Assembly: GCA_045106895.1 (NCBI GenBank)
Contig: JBGCFM010000039.1
Span: 206,817 to 270,816, forward strand
DNA length: 64,000 nucleotides
Origin: Polyangiales bacterium
GTDB taxonomy: Bacteria > Myxococcota_A > Polyangia > Polyangiales > Houyiibacteriaceae
Direction: 5' to 3'
The stretch's first letter is position 1, and every line of letters begins with the position of its first letter. The notes below the pieces were generated by a model, which was not told the origin of the DNA, ran no database searches, and saw only the letters and a program-made list of their open reading frames with translations. A program made the position numbers and the translations under genes. Positions 38,322-47,775 of the stretch are shown one piece after another.

Positions 38322-39038
38322 TCAGGCCGCTTCCTTGAGCGCGACGCGGAGGTGCTCGACGGCGCGCTTTTGAAGCTGGCAGACGCGGGACTCGCTGATG
38401 CCCATGCGGTCTCCAATTTCGCGAAGTGCCATTCCTTGGAAGAGCCCCATCTCGATGGCCTGCCGCTGCCGCTCGGGGAGGTTGGTGAGAGCGGAGCAAA
38501 GTCGGTCGTAGCGGTTGTGGTCTTCCGCCGCAGAGTGCGCATCGCGGAACGCATTCGAAGGAATCCGGTTTACCATCGGCTCGTAGTCGCCGGTGGTCTT
38601 GTCCATGCTGACGAGGCGACGCGCGGCAATGACGCGTCCCTTTCTCGCTTCAAGTCCCTCGGTCTCGCCAGCGGCGTGACGAACCGCGAGCCGCATCTCG
38701 TCACGTGTGCGCAAGTCGAGCTTGCGAATCGCGTCGATGAGTCGCTGACGAATGCGAGTGCGCACCCAAGTAGACTCGGCGATGCCAAACCCTTGGTAGG
38801 TGTGGAGAGCCTCGAGGACGGCGACGCGCCCTTCCGCTCGAAGGTCCTCTTCGTCCAACGCCTGACCCAAGGTCGCCACGGGACGGAGGCGACGGGCCAT
38901 CATCCGGACGGTTCCTTCGTACTTCTCAAGCGCGGCGCGCGCGTCGGCATTGGTCCAGTTCATCCGCTTCGACTTCTTGGACTTCGTGCGGGCCTTAGGT
39001 GCTGGGGATTTTGCGGTATTGTTGTTGGCCTGAGTCAT
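38322..39038 (-). CDS. FliA/WhiG-like sigma-70 family sigma factor
   Basis: Region 2 (VRMMARRL...EEDLRAEG...WVRTRIRQRLIDAIRKLD) and region 4 (LPERQRQ...LREIGDRMGISESRVCQL). ESRVxQ is typical of FliA/WhiG. Confidence 0.85.
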   Translation of the reverse strand: MTQANNNTAKSPAPKARTKSKKSKRMNWTNADARAALEKYEGTVRMMARRLRPVATLGQALDEEDLRAEGRVAVLEALHTYQGFGIAESTWVRTRIRQRLIDAIRKLDLRTRDEMRLAVRHAAGETEGLEARKGRVIAARRLVSMDKTTGDYEPMVNRIPSNAFRDAHSAAEDHNRYDRLCSALTNLPERQRQAIEMGLFQGMALREIGDRMGISESRVCQLQKRAVEHLRVALKEAA

Positions 39039-39067
39039 CGTTGTGCCCTCTTCTTGCGGAGAACTAA

Positions 39068-39083
39068 TGCGACGACCGTGCCA
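39068..39083 (-). promoter_or_regulatory. Sigma-54 (-24/-12) promoter of the FliA-like sigma gene
   Basis: Minus strand TGGCACG-GTCG-TCGCA: GG-N10-GC, one mismatch to TGGCACG-N4-TTGC, about 30 bp upstream of the ATG. Confidence 0.75.
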
Positions 39084-39122
39084 ACGTCAGAAGTTCACTC
39101 AAACAAGTCATAAAACGCCGAA

Positions 39123-39138
39123 CGTCAACGATTTGACG
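39123..39138. promoter_or_regulatory. Palindrome with IHF-like core
   Basis: CGTCAA-CGAT-TTGACG contains TCAA-N4-TTG and lies between the sigma-54 promoter and the repeat array. Confidence 0.4.
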
Positions 39139-39162
39139 CCGCAAATGGCGTTCTGGCCCAAC

Positions 39163-39230
39163 CGTGCGAATGCGTGCGAACACGTGCGAAACTGTTGTGC
39201 GACAGCACAAAACAGCACAAAACCGCACAA
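39163..39230. promoter_or_regulatory. Phased 10-bp repeat array, candidate enhancer (UAS)
   Basis: CGTGCGAA x3 at 39163, 39173 and 39183. TTGTGC-GACA-GCACAA palindrome at 39195-39210. GCACAA again at 39215 and 39225. Confidence 0.6.
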
Positions 39231-39302
39231 CACCGAACACCTCGATAAGCGCGCTTTGGGGAACGCCTTGACCGTCACACGGAGAGGCTAAGAATCGGGG
39301 CG

Positions 39303-41300
39303 ATGGAGGTCAGCGAGAAGGTCCAACAAAAGCTCGACACCTTGCCCGTGTCCCCCGGCGTCTACGTCTTTCACGGTCGGTCCAGCGGGGCGTCCATGGA
39401 GGTCCTCTACGTCGGAAAGGCAAGCAGCCTCCGAAGCCGCGTCCGCAGCTACTTCCAGGATGGGAGCTCAGATGTTCGCGCGTTCGTCGCACGCTTGGCC
39501 TTTGAGCTCGTGGACATCGAGACCTTTGTCACGGCGACGGAAAAAGAAGCGGCGCTCCTTGAGAACCAACTCATCAAAGAGCGACAGCCTCGCTACAACG
39601 TCAAACTCCGGGACGACAAAGAGTTCCTTTCACTCCGTCTCTCCCCGAAGAGCAAGTGGCCTCGCCTCGAAGTTGTTCGCCGCCCTCGTGCGGACGGGGC
39701 TCGCTACTTCGGCCCTTACCACTCAGCGACCGCGGCGCGTCAAACGCTGCGCCTCGTCAACCGCCACTTTCAGCTTCGCACCTGCACAGACGCGGACCTT
39801 CGTTCGCGCAGCCGGCCTTGTCTCCAGTATCAGATTCGCCGCTGTCCGGGCCCTTGCGTGATGGACGTCGACAAAGAGCGCTACGCTCAACAGGTCAACG
39901 ATGTCGGCCTCTTTTTGGGCGGCCGCCACGACGAGCTCGTCGACAAACTGCAAGCGCAGATGCTCGAAGCTTCGGAAGCCCTCGAGTTTGAGCAGGCGGC
40001 GGTTCATCGTGACCAACTCCGCGCGGTCACAAGGGCACGCGAGACACAACGCGTGGCCTCCGTTTCGATGCGTGACCAAGACGTCTTTGGTCTCTTTCGG
40101 CAGGCCGACCAAGCGGAGGTCGCCGTGCTTCAAGTACGCGCTGGCCGTCTCGTGGGGGTGCGAACGTTCGACCTCCGCCGCGTCGCGCTCCCCGACGACG
40201 AGCTCATCGCGTCCTTCATCGCCGAGTGGTACGAGCGTGCGCCGGTTCCCGACGAGGTGCTGCTGCCGCATCCCATCGAGGCTATGGATGGACTGGCGAG
40301 CGTGCTCTCGGACCGACAGCGCAGCCGGGAAACACGCGCCCAAGTGCTCGTCGCCGCGCCGACCCGCGGGAAACGCAACAAGCTCCTCGATATGGCGCGA
40401 GACAATGCCGAACACGCGTTTCACGAGAAGCGTCGCGCCCAGGAGAACATCCTCACGCGCCTCGAAGAAGTTCAGAAACGCTTGCGGCTCAAGTCGCCCC
40501 CGCAACGAATCGAGTGCGTCGACATCTCGCACACGGGCGGCGACGACACCGTAGCCGCCGTTGTCGCCCTCAGGGACGGCGCCCCGGATAAGAAGCGCTA
40601 CCGGACCTACCACGTCAAACGTGTGCGTGGTGGCGACGACTACGGAGCGATGTATGAGGTCCTCTCTCGTCGGTTCCGGCGCGGTCGTGACGGCAATGAG
40701 GGATGGGATCTGCCGGACCTCTTCGTCGTTGATGGCGGCAAGGGTCAGCTCGGAGTCGCGCTCGCGGCGCTCCGAGATCTCGGTATGCCAAACGAGATGA
40801 TGCCCGTCGTCGCGCTGGCGAAAGAGAAAGAGAACTTGGCCGGCGAGCGGCGCGTGGACCGCGTTTATCTACCTGGACAGAAGAACCCCATTCCGGTGCA
40901 TTCGACTCCGGCGCTATCGATGCTCTGCTTGGCCCGCGACGAGGCTCACCGGGTGTCCAACGGGCTACGAACCAAGCTTGGAAAGCGTCGCCGGCTCACC
41001 AGCGGACTCGACTCCGTCAAAGGCGTCGGGCCAAAGACACGAACCAAGCTCCTCAGCACCTTGGGGTCCCTAGAAGCCGTGCTCGCGAGCACCGAAGCCG
41101 AGCTCATCTCCGCTGGCGCTACAAAGCGCCAAGCATCCGCGATCCTTCGGCAGCTGAGCCCCTCGGCCCCAACCTCGTCTGCCTCACACTCCGATAAGCC
41201 CGCGGAGAAGCTCGACGAAGAGACGGTCAACCTAGAGACGGATCAAGCCGTCGACAACGCCTTCCGCGAAGTCCTCGAGGACGCCACAAACGCTACTTGA
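39303..41300 (+). CDS. uvrC: Excinuclease ABC subunit C
   Basis: GIY-YIG (PGVYVF...LYVGKA...LRSRVRSYF), PRYNVKLRDDK, RIECVDISH, PDLFVVDGGKGQ, RDEAHR, HhH GVGPK. Confidence 0.97.
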   Translation: MEVSEKVQQKLDTLPVSPGVYVFHGRSSGASMEVLYVGKASSLRSRVRSYFQDGSSDVRAFVARLAFELVDIETFVTATEKEAALLENQLIKERQPRYNVKLRDDKEFLSLRLSPKSKWPRLEVVRRPRADGARYFGPYHSATAARQTLRLVNRHFQLRTCTDADLRSRSRPCLQYQIRRCPGPCVMDVDKERYAQQVNDVGLFLGGRHDELVDKLQAQMLEASEALEFEQAAVHRDQLRAVTRARETQRVASVSMRDQDVFGLFRQADQAEVAVLQVRAGRLVGVRTFDLRRVALPDDELIASFIAEWYERAPVPDEVLLPHPIEAMDGLASVLSDRQRSRETRAQVLVAAPTRGKRNKLLDMARDNAEHAFHEKRRAQENILTRLEEVQKRLRLKSPPQRIECVDISHTGGDDTVAAVVALRDGAPDKKRYRTYHVKRVRGGDDYGAMYEVLSRRFRRGRDGNEGWDLPDLFVVDGGKGQLGVALAALRDLGMPNEMMPVVALAKEKENLAGERRVDRVYLPGQKNPIPVHSTPALSMLCLARDEAHRVSNGLRTKLGKRRRLTSGLDSVKGVGPKTRTKLLSTLGSLEAVLASTEAELISAGATKRQASAILRQLSPSAPTSSASHSDKPAEKLDEETVNLETDQAVDNAFREVLEDATNAT

Positions 41301-41640
41301 TCACGGCGTCTGGCCACGCTTTGGCAAGCCAACGAAGTGGCTTCTCCTCGGCGTCATCAACGCCATCGGAGGAAGCCATGTGGATCAAACGATCCATGAT
41401 GACCTTCTGAGCTTCGACGCGCGTGATGGCCTTGGCAGCCTCCATGATCGTCGTGCGTGAATGGTACTCGTCTTTGGCACGCGTCATCGCCGTGACGAAG
41501 GACTCGCTCCCCATCTCAGCCTCGATGGCGCCCACTTCGGCCTTCTCCTCATCGCTGTACTCGCCATCGGCGGTCACGATTTCTCGCATGAGGCCGAGGA
41601 AAAGGGTCTGTTCGTCTGCGCTGAGTTCGTTGAGCTTCAT
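41293..41640 (-). CDS. TerB-like protein
   Basis: IVTADGEYSDEE and MASSDGVDDAEE motifs. 8-bp tail-to-tail overlap with uvrC. Confidence 0.7.
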   Translation of the reverse strand: MKLNELSADEQTLFLGLMREIVTADGEYSDEEKAEVGAIEAEMGSESFVTAMTRAKDEYHSRTTIMEAAKAITRVEAQKVIMDRLIHMASSDGVDDAEEKPLRWLAKAWPDAVIK

Positions 41641-41754
41641 GTCATCTCCCGGGATCCGGTCTTTCGCACTCTATATACTCCGCCGGTCCTCTGGTGCCAC
41701 GCTCGTTCCGCTGTGCACCTTGAAACCCGAGCCTTTTCGTGGCTTCATGCCGGC

Positions 41755-42012
41755 ATGAAGTCCCTCGTGATGTTCGTCTTCGTGGCTGCGGGCCTTGGCT
41801 GTGGGGCAGATACTCCTGTCCCTGATTACCCATGGACCGATCCTCCGCCCCTTGAAGAGACCGACCTCGCTGAGTTCGTCGGTGGCGGAGAAGAGTACGT
41901 GGACGAGGACGAAGACGAAGAGTGGGATGACGGCCTGGACGACGCCGACATGGAGATGAACGACTCGGCGCCAGCTCCTGAAGCGGCGGCCCCAGAAGCC
42001 GCCGAAGGCTAG
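41755..42012 (+). CDS. Small acidic lipoprotein
   Basis: ATG 41755, MKSLVMFVFVAAGLG-C lipobox, Asp/Glu-rich tail. Confidence 0.65.
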   Translation: MKSLVMFVFVAAGLGCGADTPVPDYPWTDPPPLEETDLAEFVGGGEEYVDEDEDEEWDDGLDDADMEMNDSAPAPEAAAPEAAEG

Positions 42013-42016
42013 GCGT

Positions 42017-42460
42017 CTGAGAAGCAGCACCAAGCGCCTCTCGGCGATCACCCTCACGTGGTCGGCGCTACTTCTCGAGCTCTACATCCTGGGCCGCTCC
42101 CCGAGAGCAACCCTGACGCCGGGCCTCGGCGAGTTTTACTACGCTTTTGAGGCGGTGTTCCTACCCGCCATCGTGTTCCTGCAGTGGAATCTGGGGCGGC
42201 TCGTCCTACGAAAACACGGGTTGGACCCCGCAAACGCTGTCGCGGACGCGCTCTTCGTCTCCGCGAGCTGCTTTGTGGTGCCGGATTGCGTGCTTCTTCT
42301 CGCCGCACGCCCCGATCTTCTTGCGCTCTGGGCACGTGTGGCGGGCCCACTCGCGCTCTTGGCCATGCTTCTGGTCCTCCATCGCCGCTGCCGCTCCTGG
42401 CGCATCACCATCTCCGCGGCTTTCGCGATGGCCCTTCCGGCGATTGTCTTCGTGCGCTGA
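42017..42460 (+). CDS. Small multi-TM protein (Yip1-like?), start uncertain
   Basis: Hydrophobic frame open from about 41961. First canonical start is GTG 42155, but TM-like sequence continues upstream to a CTG at 42017. Confidence 0.4.
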   Translation: MRSSTKRLSAITLTWSALLLELYILGRSPRATLTPGLGEFYYAFEAVFLPAIVFLQWNLGRLVLRKHGLDPANAVADALFVSASCFVVPDCVLLLAARPDLLALWARVAGPLALLAMLLVLHRRCRSWRITISAAFAMALPAIVFVR

Positions 42461-42482
42461 GCTCTTTCTTGCACCCCATTAG

Positions 42483-42522
42483 TTGACAATACGTCAGATA
42501 ACCATTATCTGACATATCGTCA
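42483..42522 (+). promoter_or_regulatory. Promoter overlapped by twin palindromic operators (probable TetR autoregulation)
   Basis: TTGACA at 42483. TGAC-AATAC-GTCA (42484-42496) and TGAC-ATATC-GTCA (42510-42522). Central GTCAGATAA-CCA-TTATCTGAC dyad. Confidence 0.75.
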
Positions 42523-42526
42523 GCTT

Positions 42527-43126
42527 ATGGCCCGCCCACAAAACCACAAGAAACGCCACGACCTCGCCCAGCGAGCGGTGTTGGTGCTCCAGCGCGAGGG
42601 CCTCGACCTCTCGATGAGCCGCTTGGCGGCGGCCCTCGAGATCAAGCGACCCACCCTGCTCTACCATTTCGCGACACGCGCGGAGATCGTGGAGACAGCG
42701 CTCGAGCAGAGCCTTATCGAGCAAGCGACCTACGTCATCGGGGAGGTCGAGAAGTTCGCTCACCCCATCGACCGAATGTACGCACAGCTACGGGCTGTTC
42801 ACGCGTTCCACGACGGCCAAGACGAGCGACTCGCGTTCCTTACGCAGGCCATCGCCGTCAGCGGTAAAGAACGACTCGACGAGCTTATCCGCATCGGCAA
42901 CCGCGTGTTCGATGCGCGACGCAACGAGACGGCAGCGCGACTCCGCGAAGGGATGAAGCGTGGCGTCGTCGGCCCATGCGACCCAGACGTGCTCATCGCC
43001 GCGATGCGCGCGCTCTCCGACGGCCTCGTCATCCAACGCGTGATGACCGGCCTGACCCTCGCCCCCGTGCACTCCCTCGTCTGGGAGCAACTACTCAAGC
43101 CACTCAAACTCGGCGAGTGGAACTAA
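42527..43126 (+). CDS. TetR/AcrR-family regulator
   Basis: MARP...LSMSRLAAALEIKRPTLLYHFATRAEIV HTH. Confidence 0.92.
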   Translation: MARPQNHKKRHDLAQRAVLVLQREGLDLSMSRLAAALEIKRPTLLYHFATRAEIVETALEQSLIEQATYVIGEVEKFAHPIDRMYAQLRAVHAFHDGQDERLAFLTQAIAVSGKERLDELIRIGNRVFDARRNETAARLREGMKRGVVGPCDPDVLIAAMRALSDGLVIQRVMTGLTLAPVHSLVWEQLLKPLKLGEWN

Positions 43127-43147
43127 CCCATCTTCAAGGAACTCATC

Positions 43148-44740
43148 GTGCGCATCTCAACTCCTAAACTCGGCCGCAAGGGCCGGCCCCTTCGCATCGC
43201 TTACGGACGCTTCTTTCACGAGGCCAACGCCTACTCGCCGAAGCTCGTCGAAGAGGCTGACTTCCGAGGAATGCATCGCATGGAAGGTGAAGCCCTCGCG
43301 CAGGCGTGCACGGTTCGCGGCTCCGAACTTGAGGGCTACCTCCCCCACGCTGAGCTCACAGGTTTTGTCCAGGCAGCGCGGCTCGCGGGCCGCGTCACCA
43401 CCGTTCCCCTCGCCTCTTCGTTGAGCGTCCCAGGAGGTCCCATCAGCCGCGCTTGCTTCGACTGGCTCGTTGAAGACCTCCTCGAACGCATCCGCCAGGC
43501 AGGTCCCCTCGACGGCGTCTATCTCGCCCTCCACGGCTCCTCCGAAGTCGACGGCCTCGCCGAGTCGCCGGAGGCCTATCTCATCAGGCACGTGCGAGAG
43601 CTCGTGGGCGCCGAGGTGCGCATCGCCGTCAGCTATGATCTTCACGCCAACCTCTCGGCGGACATGATCGACCCCATCGACATTCTCATCGGGTACCGAA
43701 CGAACCCCCATTGGGACCTCGCGCCGACGGGCTTTCGCGCCGGCAACCGTCTGATTCGAACCTTGCGTGGCGAGCTGAAGCCCGTTCATGCGTGGCGTAA
43801 ACTGCCCATGGTTCTCGGAGGCGGCCTCACCATCGACTTCATGAATCCGATGCGCGGCGTATTTCGCTTCATGAAGAGACTCGAAGACGACCCCCGCGTC
43901 ATCTCTGCCAGCCTGTTCATGGTGCATCCCTACACCAGCGCCGACAACCTCGGTTGGGCCGTCCACGTATGCACGAACGACGAAAGCGCCCTCGCCGACA
44001 AGCTCGCCGACGAGCTCGCCGACAAGGCCTGGGCACAGCGCGAGGTGGAGCTTCCACCGCTCCAGAACGCCGCCGCCGCCCTCGACGAAGCGGTGACAAA
44101 GAAGCGTCTGCTGCCCGTGACCTTCGTCGACGTCGATGACATCGTCGGCGCAGGCGCCCCCGGCGGGAACACTCAAATCGTCGCGGAGTTGGTGAAGAAA
44201 GACCGTGGGCTCAAAGCGATGGTACCGGTCCACGACCCGGCCCTCGTCGAGCAGCTCTGGGACGCGCCCGCTGGCTCCACCCACGACGTCGTTCTCCGCG
44301 GCACACCGGGATACGGAATGCCAGAGGTCGCCCTACGTGTTCGCGTCGAAGATCGATGCGAGTCGGACTTCGGCAAGCTGATACGCCTGGACTCCGGGTC
44401 GTTCCACATCGCTATCGGAGAGCGCTCTCCGCTTCCCGTCAGTCCACGCTTTTGGCGAGACCTCGGTCTCGATCCACGTCGCGCCGACGTCCTCGTGCAG
44501 AAGAACTTCTTCCACTACCGAATGTTCTACGCCACGACCTCGTGGTCCCACGTCGGAGTCGTCAGCGATGGAGCGACGAGCCTCGCTCGCGTCCGCGCTC
44601 GGAACTACCAAGTGCCCACCTACCCGGCGCAAGAACCGAAGCGGTGGCAGACCCATGATGCCGCCCTCCGCGCCCTCAGCGGAACGCGTCTCGAACAGCT
44701 CAAAGACCCCTCTCCGGCAAACGCGCCAGCGCCGTGCTGA
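43148..44740 (+). CDS. M81-family (MlrC-like) metallopeptidase
   Basis: FFHEANAYS, LDGVYLALHG, YDLHANLS, YRTNPHWD, DDIVGAGAPG. Confidence 0.85.
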   Translation: MRISTPKLGRKGRPLRIAYGRFFHEANAYSPKLVEEADFRGMHRMEGEALAQACTVRGSELEGYLPHAELTGFVQAARLAGRVTTVPLASSLSVPGGPISRACFDWLVEDLLERIRQAGPLDGVYLALHGSSEVDGLAESPEAYLIRHVRELVGAEVRIAVSYDLHANLSADMIDPIDILIGYRTNPHWDLAPTGFRAGNRLIRTLRGELKPVHAWRKLPMVLGGGLTIDFMNPMRGVFRFMKRLEDDPRVISASLFMVHPYTSADNLGWAVHVCTNDESALADKLADELADKAWAQREVELPPLQNAAAALDEAVTKKRLLPVTFVDVDDIVGAGAPGGNTQIVAELVKKDRGLKAMVPVHDPALVEQLWDAPAGSTHDVVLRGTPGYGMPEVALRVRVEDRCESDFGKLIRLDSGSFHIAIGERSPLPVSPRFWRDLGLDPRRADVLVQKNFFHYRMFYATTSWSHVGVVSDGATSLARVRARNYQVPTYPAQEPKRWQTHDAALRALSGTRLEQLKDPSPANAPAPC

Positions 44741-44787
44741 GCATGAACTCGAATACCTGACGCCCCGGGGAGTGTTGAGCCGAGACT

Positions 44788-46305
44788 CTAAACGGACGTC
44801 AAACCGTCCGCGAAGAACTGAGCGAAACGTTCCCCGAGCATCAGCGTAGGAAAGTGAGTGTTGGAGCTCGGCACGGTGGGGAAGAGGCTGGCGTCCGCGA
44901 CGTAGAGACCTTCGACACCGCGTACACGTCCGCGCTCGTCGGTGACGGCCAGCGGGTCGCTCGCTTCTCCCATCTTCACCGTGCCACACGGGTGGTAGCC
45001 ACTGCCCGTTTGGCGCGGGATCCACTCGCGGAGCGCTTTTCGGCTGGAGAACATTCGCTCGCTCGGCGCGGCGAAGGTCGCGAGCTCTCGCATCGCGGGA
45101 CTCGACGCACAGAGCCAAGCAAGCTCCATGGCTTCGCACGCCTTTTCAAGATCATCTGGCTCAAGCAAAAAGTCGGACTCGATGCGAGGACGCGCATGCG
45201 GATCAGCGCTCTCAAAGAAGATGCGTCCTTCGCCGGACGGCTTCCCGATGGAGGTCATGATCATCACGAGCGGAGCGTCGCCGGAAGGCAGCGGGACGAA
45301 GGAGCCCGGCTGCAGCTGCATCTCATCCTTGTAAGTGCTGTTGCGGGCCGTGTAGCGCAGCGCGGTTTGAATGAGCGGGTCTGAGAGACGCACGACGCCA
45401 GGCTTGGCCAACATGAACATAGTGACGCCCGGATGATCGAGAAGCCGCGCGCCGACGGGAGCATCCATCACGAGGTCGACGCCGAGGCGCTCGAGCTGTG
45501 CGCGGGGTCCAACGCCCGAGCGGATCAAGATCCCCGGCGTGCCGATGGCGCCTCCGGAGAGCACGACCTCCTTGGCGAAGTGTTGGACGACTTCGCCTCG
45601 GTGCTCGACCTCGACACCAACGGCACGCTGTCCTTCGAAGAGAACGCGCCGAACGTGAGAGTCCGCGAAGATCGTCAGCGAAGAGCGGGCACGCACTTTG
45701 TCGTCGAGGTAACACCGAGCGGCGTTCATTCGTTCGCCGTTGATCTTGTTCATCGCGTGAGGGCCAACCCCCGTCTTCGAGAGATCGTTGTGGTCGTCGC
45801 AGGACTCAAAACCCAGACTCTGCGCGGCGTCAATGAACGCCGCCTGCCAAGGCACAAGCTCCTCCGGCGTGTGACGTCGAACCGGAATAGGTCCCTCATG
45901 CCCGTGAACATCGCCCTCGGGAAAATCGTGATCCGTTTCGATGCTGCGAAACGCGTCGAGGCACTCGTCCCAGGTCCAACCCGGGAGCCCCCATTCATCG
46001 AAGTCGTAGCGCTGGCCACGTAGCGCGATGCACGTGTTCACCGCGGAGCTGCCCCCGACGATACGGCCGCGCGGGTACATCATCGGGGACGATTCAGGGC
46101 GCGAACGATGGGCGAAACCCCAGTCGTGCGCCTTCATCGAGTTTCGCGTGCCATCGCGAATATCCGGAGGGATCTCTTGAGGGTCCGGGCCTGCCTCGAC
46201 GAGGGCGACGCTTCGCTGCCCGCCTTCGGACAAGCGCCTTGCGAGCACTGCGCCCGCGGCCCCCGCTCCCACGATCAGAATATCGAAGCGTTCGCTTGAT
46301 GCCAC
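44788..46305 (-). CDS. GMC-family FAD oxidoreductase
   Basis: DILIVGAGAAG, RGRIVGGSSAVN, GAIGTPGILIRSGVG, YHPCGT, LYVADAS, NT. Confidence 0.92.
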   Translation of the reverse strand: MASSERFDILIVGAGAAGAVLARRLSEGGQRSVALVEAGPDPQEIPPDIRDGTRNSMKAHDWGFAHRSRPESSPMMYPRGRIVGGSSAVNTCIALRGQRYDFDEWGLPGWTWDECLDAFRSIETDHDFPEGDVHGHEGPIPVRRHTPEELVPWQAAFIDAAQSLGFESCDDHNDLSKTGVGPHAMNKINGERMNAARCYLDDKVRARSSLTIFADSHVRRVLFEGQRAVGVEVEHRGEVVQHFAKEVVLSGGAIGTPGILIRSGVGPRAQLERLGVDLVMDAPVGARLLDHPGVTMFMLAKPGVVRLSDPLIQTALRYTARNSTYKDEMQLQPGSFVPLPSGDAPLVMIMTSIGKPSGEGRIFFESADPHARPRIESDFLLEPDDLEKACEAMELAWLCASSPAMRELATFAAPSERMFSSRKALREWIPRQTGSGYHPCGTVKMGEASDPLAVTDERGRVRGVEGLYVADASLFPTVPSSNTHFPTLMLGERFAQFFADGLTSV

Positions 46306-46404
46306 GTCCGAAGCCTATCAGGTCGTTCGCCCCTGCTGTGGATTTCGTCGTCCGCAGGCGCCTTCCCCTTCCGTCGCCGGCGCGATAGTGAGTATGCTCG
46401 CCCC

Positions 46405-47775
46405 ATGGACACAGAGCAGATTCGCGAAGAGTTCGAGCGACGCGGAATCAAGAAGGTGCGACTCGGCGGCTTTGACGTCGACGGAGTGCTGCGTGGCAAG
46501 TTCGTGAGCCTTTCCAAGTTCTGGTCCGCCATGGAGAAAGGCTTCGGATTCTGCGATGTCATCTTCGGCTGGGACATCGGGGACCAACTCTACGACAACG
46601 CGACCGTCACCGGCTGGGACAGCGGCTTTCCCGACGCTCTCGCGCGCATCGACGCGAGCACCATGCGCGTCGACCCCTCATCTCCAGACACAGCGTACTT
46701 CCTAGTCGACTTCAACACGCCGGAGGGCAAGCCGCACCCCGCGTGCCCCCGCTCGCTCCTGAAACGCGTCACCGCACGCGCTGAGGCCTCCGGGTATCGC
46801 CCGAAGTTCAGCGCGGAGTTTGAGTTTTGGGTTTTCCAAGAGACGCCGGATAGTCTTCACGCCAAGGACTTCCGCCAGCTCAAACCCCTCACGCCGGGAA
46901 TGTTCGGCTACAGCTGGGTTCGTCAGAGTCAGTGCGCACCTTTCGCTCATGACATCCTGGACACGATGGAAGCCATCGGCATCGAGATCGAAGGCCTGCA
47001 CACGGAGACCGGGCCAGGCGTTTGGGAGGCAGCGATCCGCTACGACGACGTCGTCGCCGCCGCAGACCAAGCCGCGTTGTTCAAGACCACGATGAAAGAG
47101 ATCGCGCATCGCCACGGTCTCGCCCTGACGTTCATGGCAAAGTGGAACGCGGACCTTCCCGGCTCCAGTGGTCACATTCATCAGTCACTCTGGGATTCCA
47201 CGGGCGAGACGAACCTTTTCACCGGCGATCGCAAAGGCCACGCGAAGGACCCCCTCAGCCCGCTCGCCCGCCAGTACATCGCTGGCCTGGCTCGCTCGGC
47301 ACCGGAACTCACCGCACTCTACTCGCCCTTCATCAACTCCTACCGGCGCTACGTTCCCGGTATGTGGGCTCCGCTGACTTCGTCGTGGGGCATCGAGAAC
47401 CGGACGTGCTCCTTGCGAGTGATCACCGGCCCAGGAGCCAGCGCGACGCGCGTCGAGCTCCGGCAAACCGCCGCGGACATCAACCCCTACGTTGCCATGG
47501 CGGCTTCCCTCGGCGCTGGGCTTCAAGGCATCCAGGAAGCGATGGAGCTCCCGCCGGAGACCAAGGGCGACGCCACCCGCGCCGGTGCCCAGGGTTCGCC
47601 TCTGCCCACCACTCTTCGTGACGCCGCCCTGCGGCTGAGTGAGAGCGAAAACGCGCGCACCATTCTTGGCGAGGCGTTCGTCGATCACTACGTTCGGCGT
47701 TGCGACTGGGAAGATCGCGAATACCGCAAGAGCGTGTCCAGCTGGGAACTCGCCCGCTACTTCGAGGCCGTATGA
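46405..47775 (+). CDS. Glutamine synthetase-like protein (probable gamma-glutamyl-amine ligase)
   Basis: DVDGVLRGK, AEFEF, HTETGPGVWE, TFMAKW, GSSGHIHQSL, NSYRR, WGIENRT, RVELR, NPY. The pattern fits the PuuA/GlnA4-type subfamilies. Confidence 0.88.
   Translation: MDTEQIREEFERRGIKKVRLGGFDVDGVLRGKFVSLSKFWSAMEKGFGFCDVIFGWDIGDQLYDNATVTGWDSGFPDALARIDASTMRVDPSSPDTAYFLVDFNTPEGKPHPACPRSLLKRVTARAEASGYRPKFSAEFEFWVFQETPDSLHAKDFRQLKPLTPGMFGYSWVRQSQCAPFAHDILDTMEAIGIEIEGLHTETGPGVWEAAIRYDDVVAAADQAALFKTTMKEIAHRHGLALTFMAKWNADLPGSSGHIHQSLWDSTGETNLFTGDRKGHAKDPLSPLARQYIAGLARSAPELTALYSPFINSYRRYVPGMWAPLTSSWGIENRTCSLRVITGPGASATRVELRQTAADINPYVAMAASLGAGLQGIQEAMELPPETKGDATRAGAQGSPLPTTLRDAALRLSESENARTILGEAFVDHYVRRCDWEDREYRKSVSSWELARYFEAV

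Noticed and set aside
39163..39240. 10-bp repeats as a CRISPR array or replication iterons
   Set aside because: The units are too short, have no unique spacers, and no rep gene is nearby. An enhancer role fits the position better.
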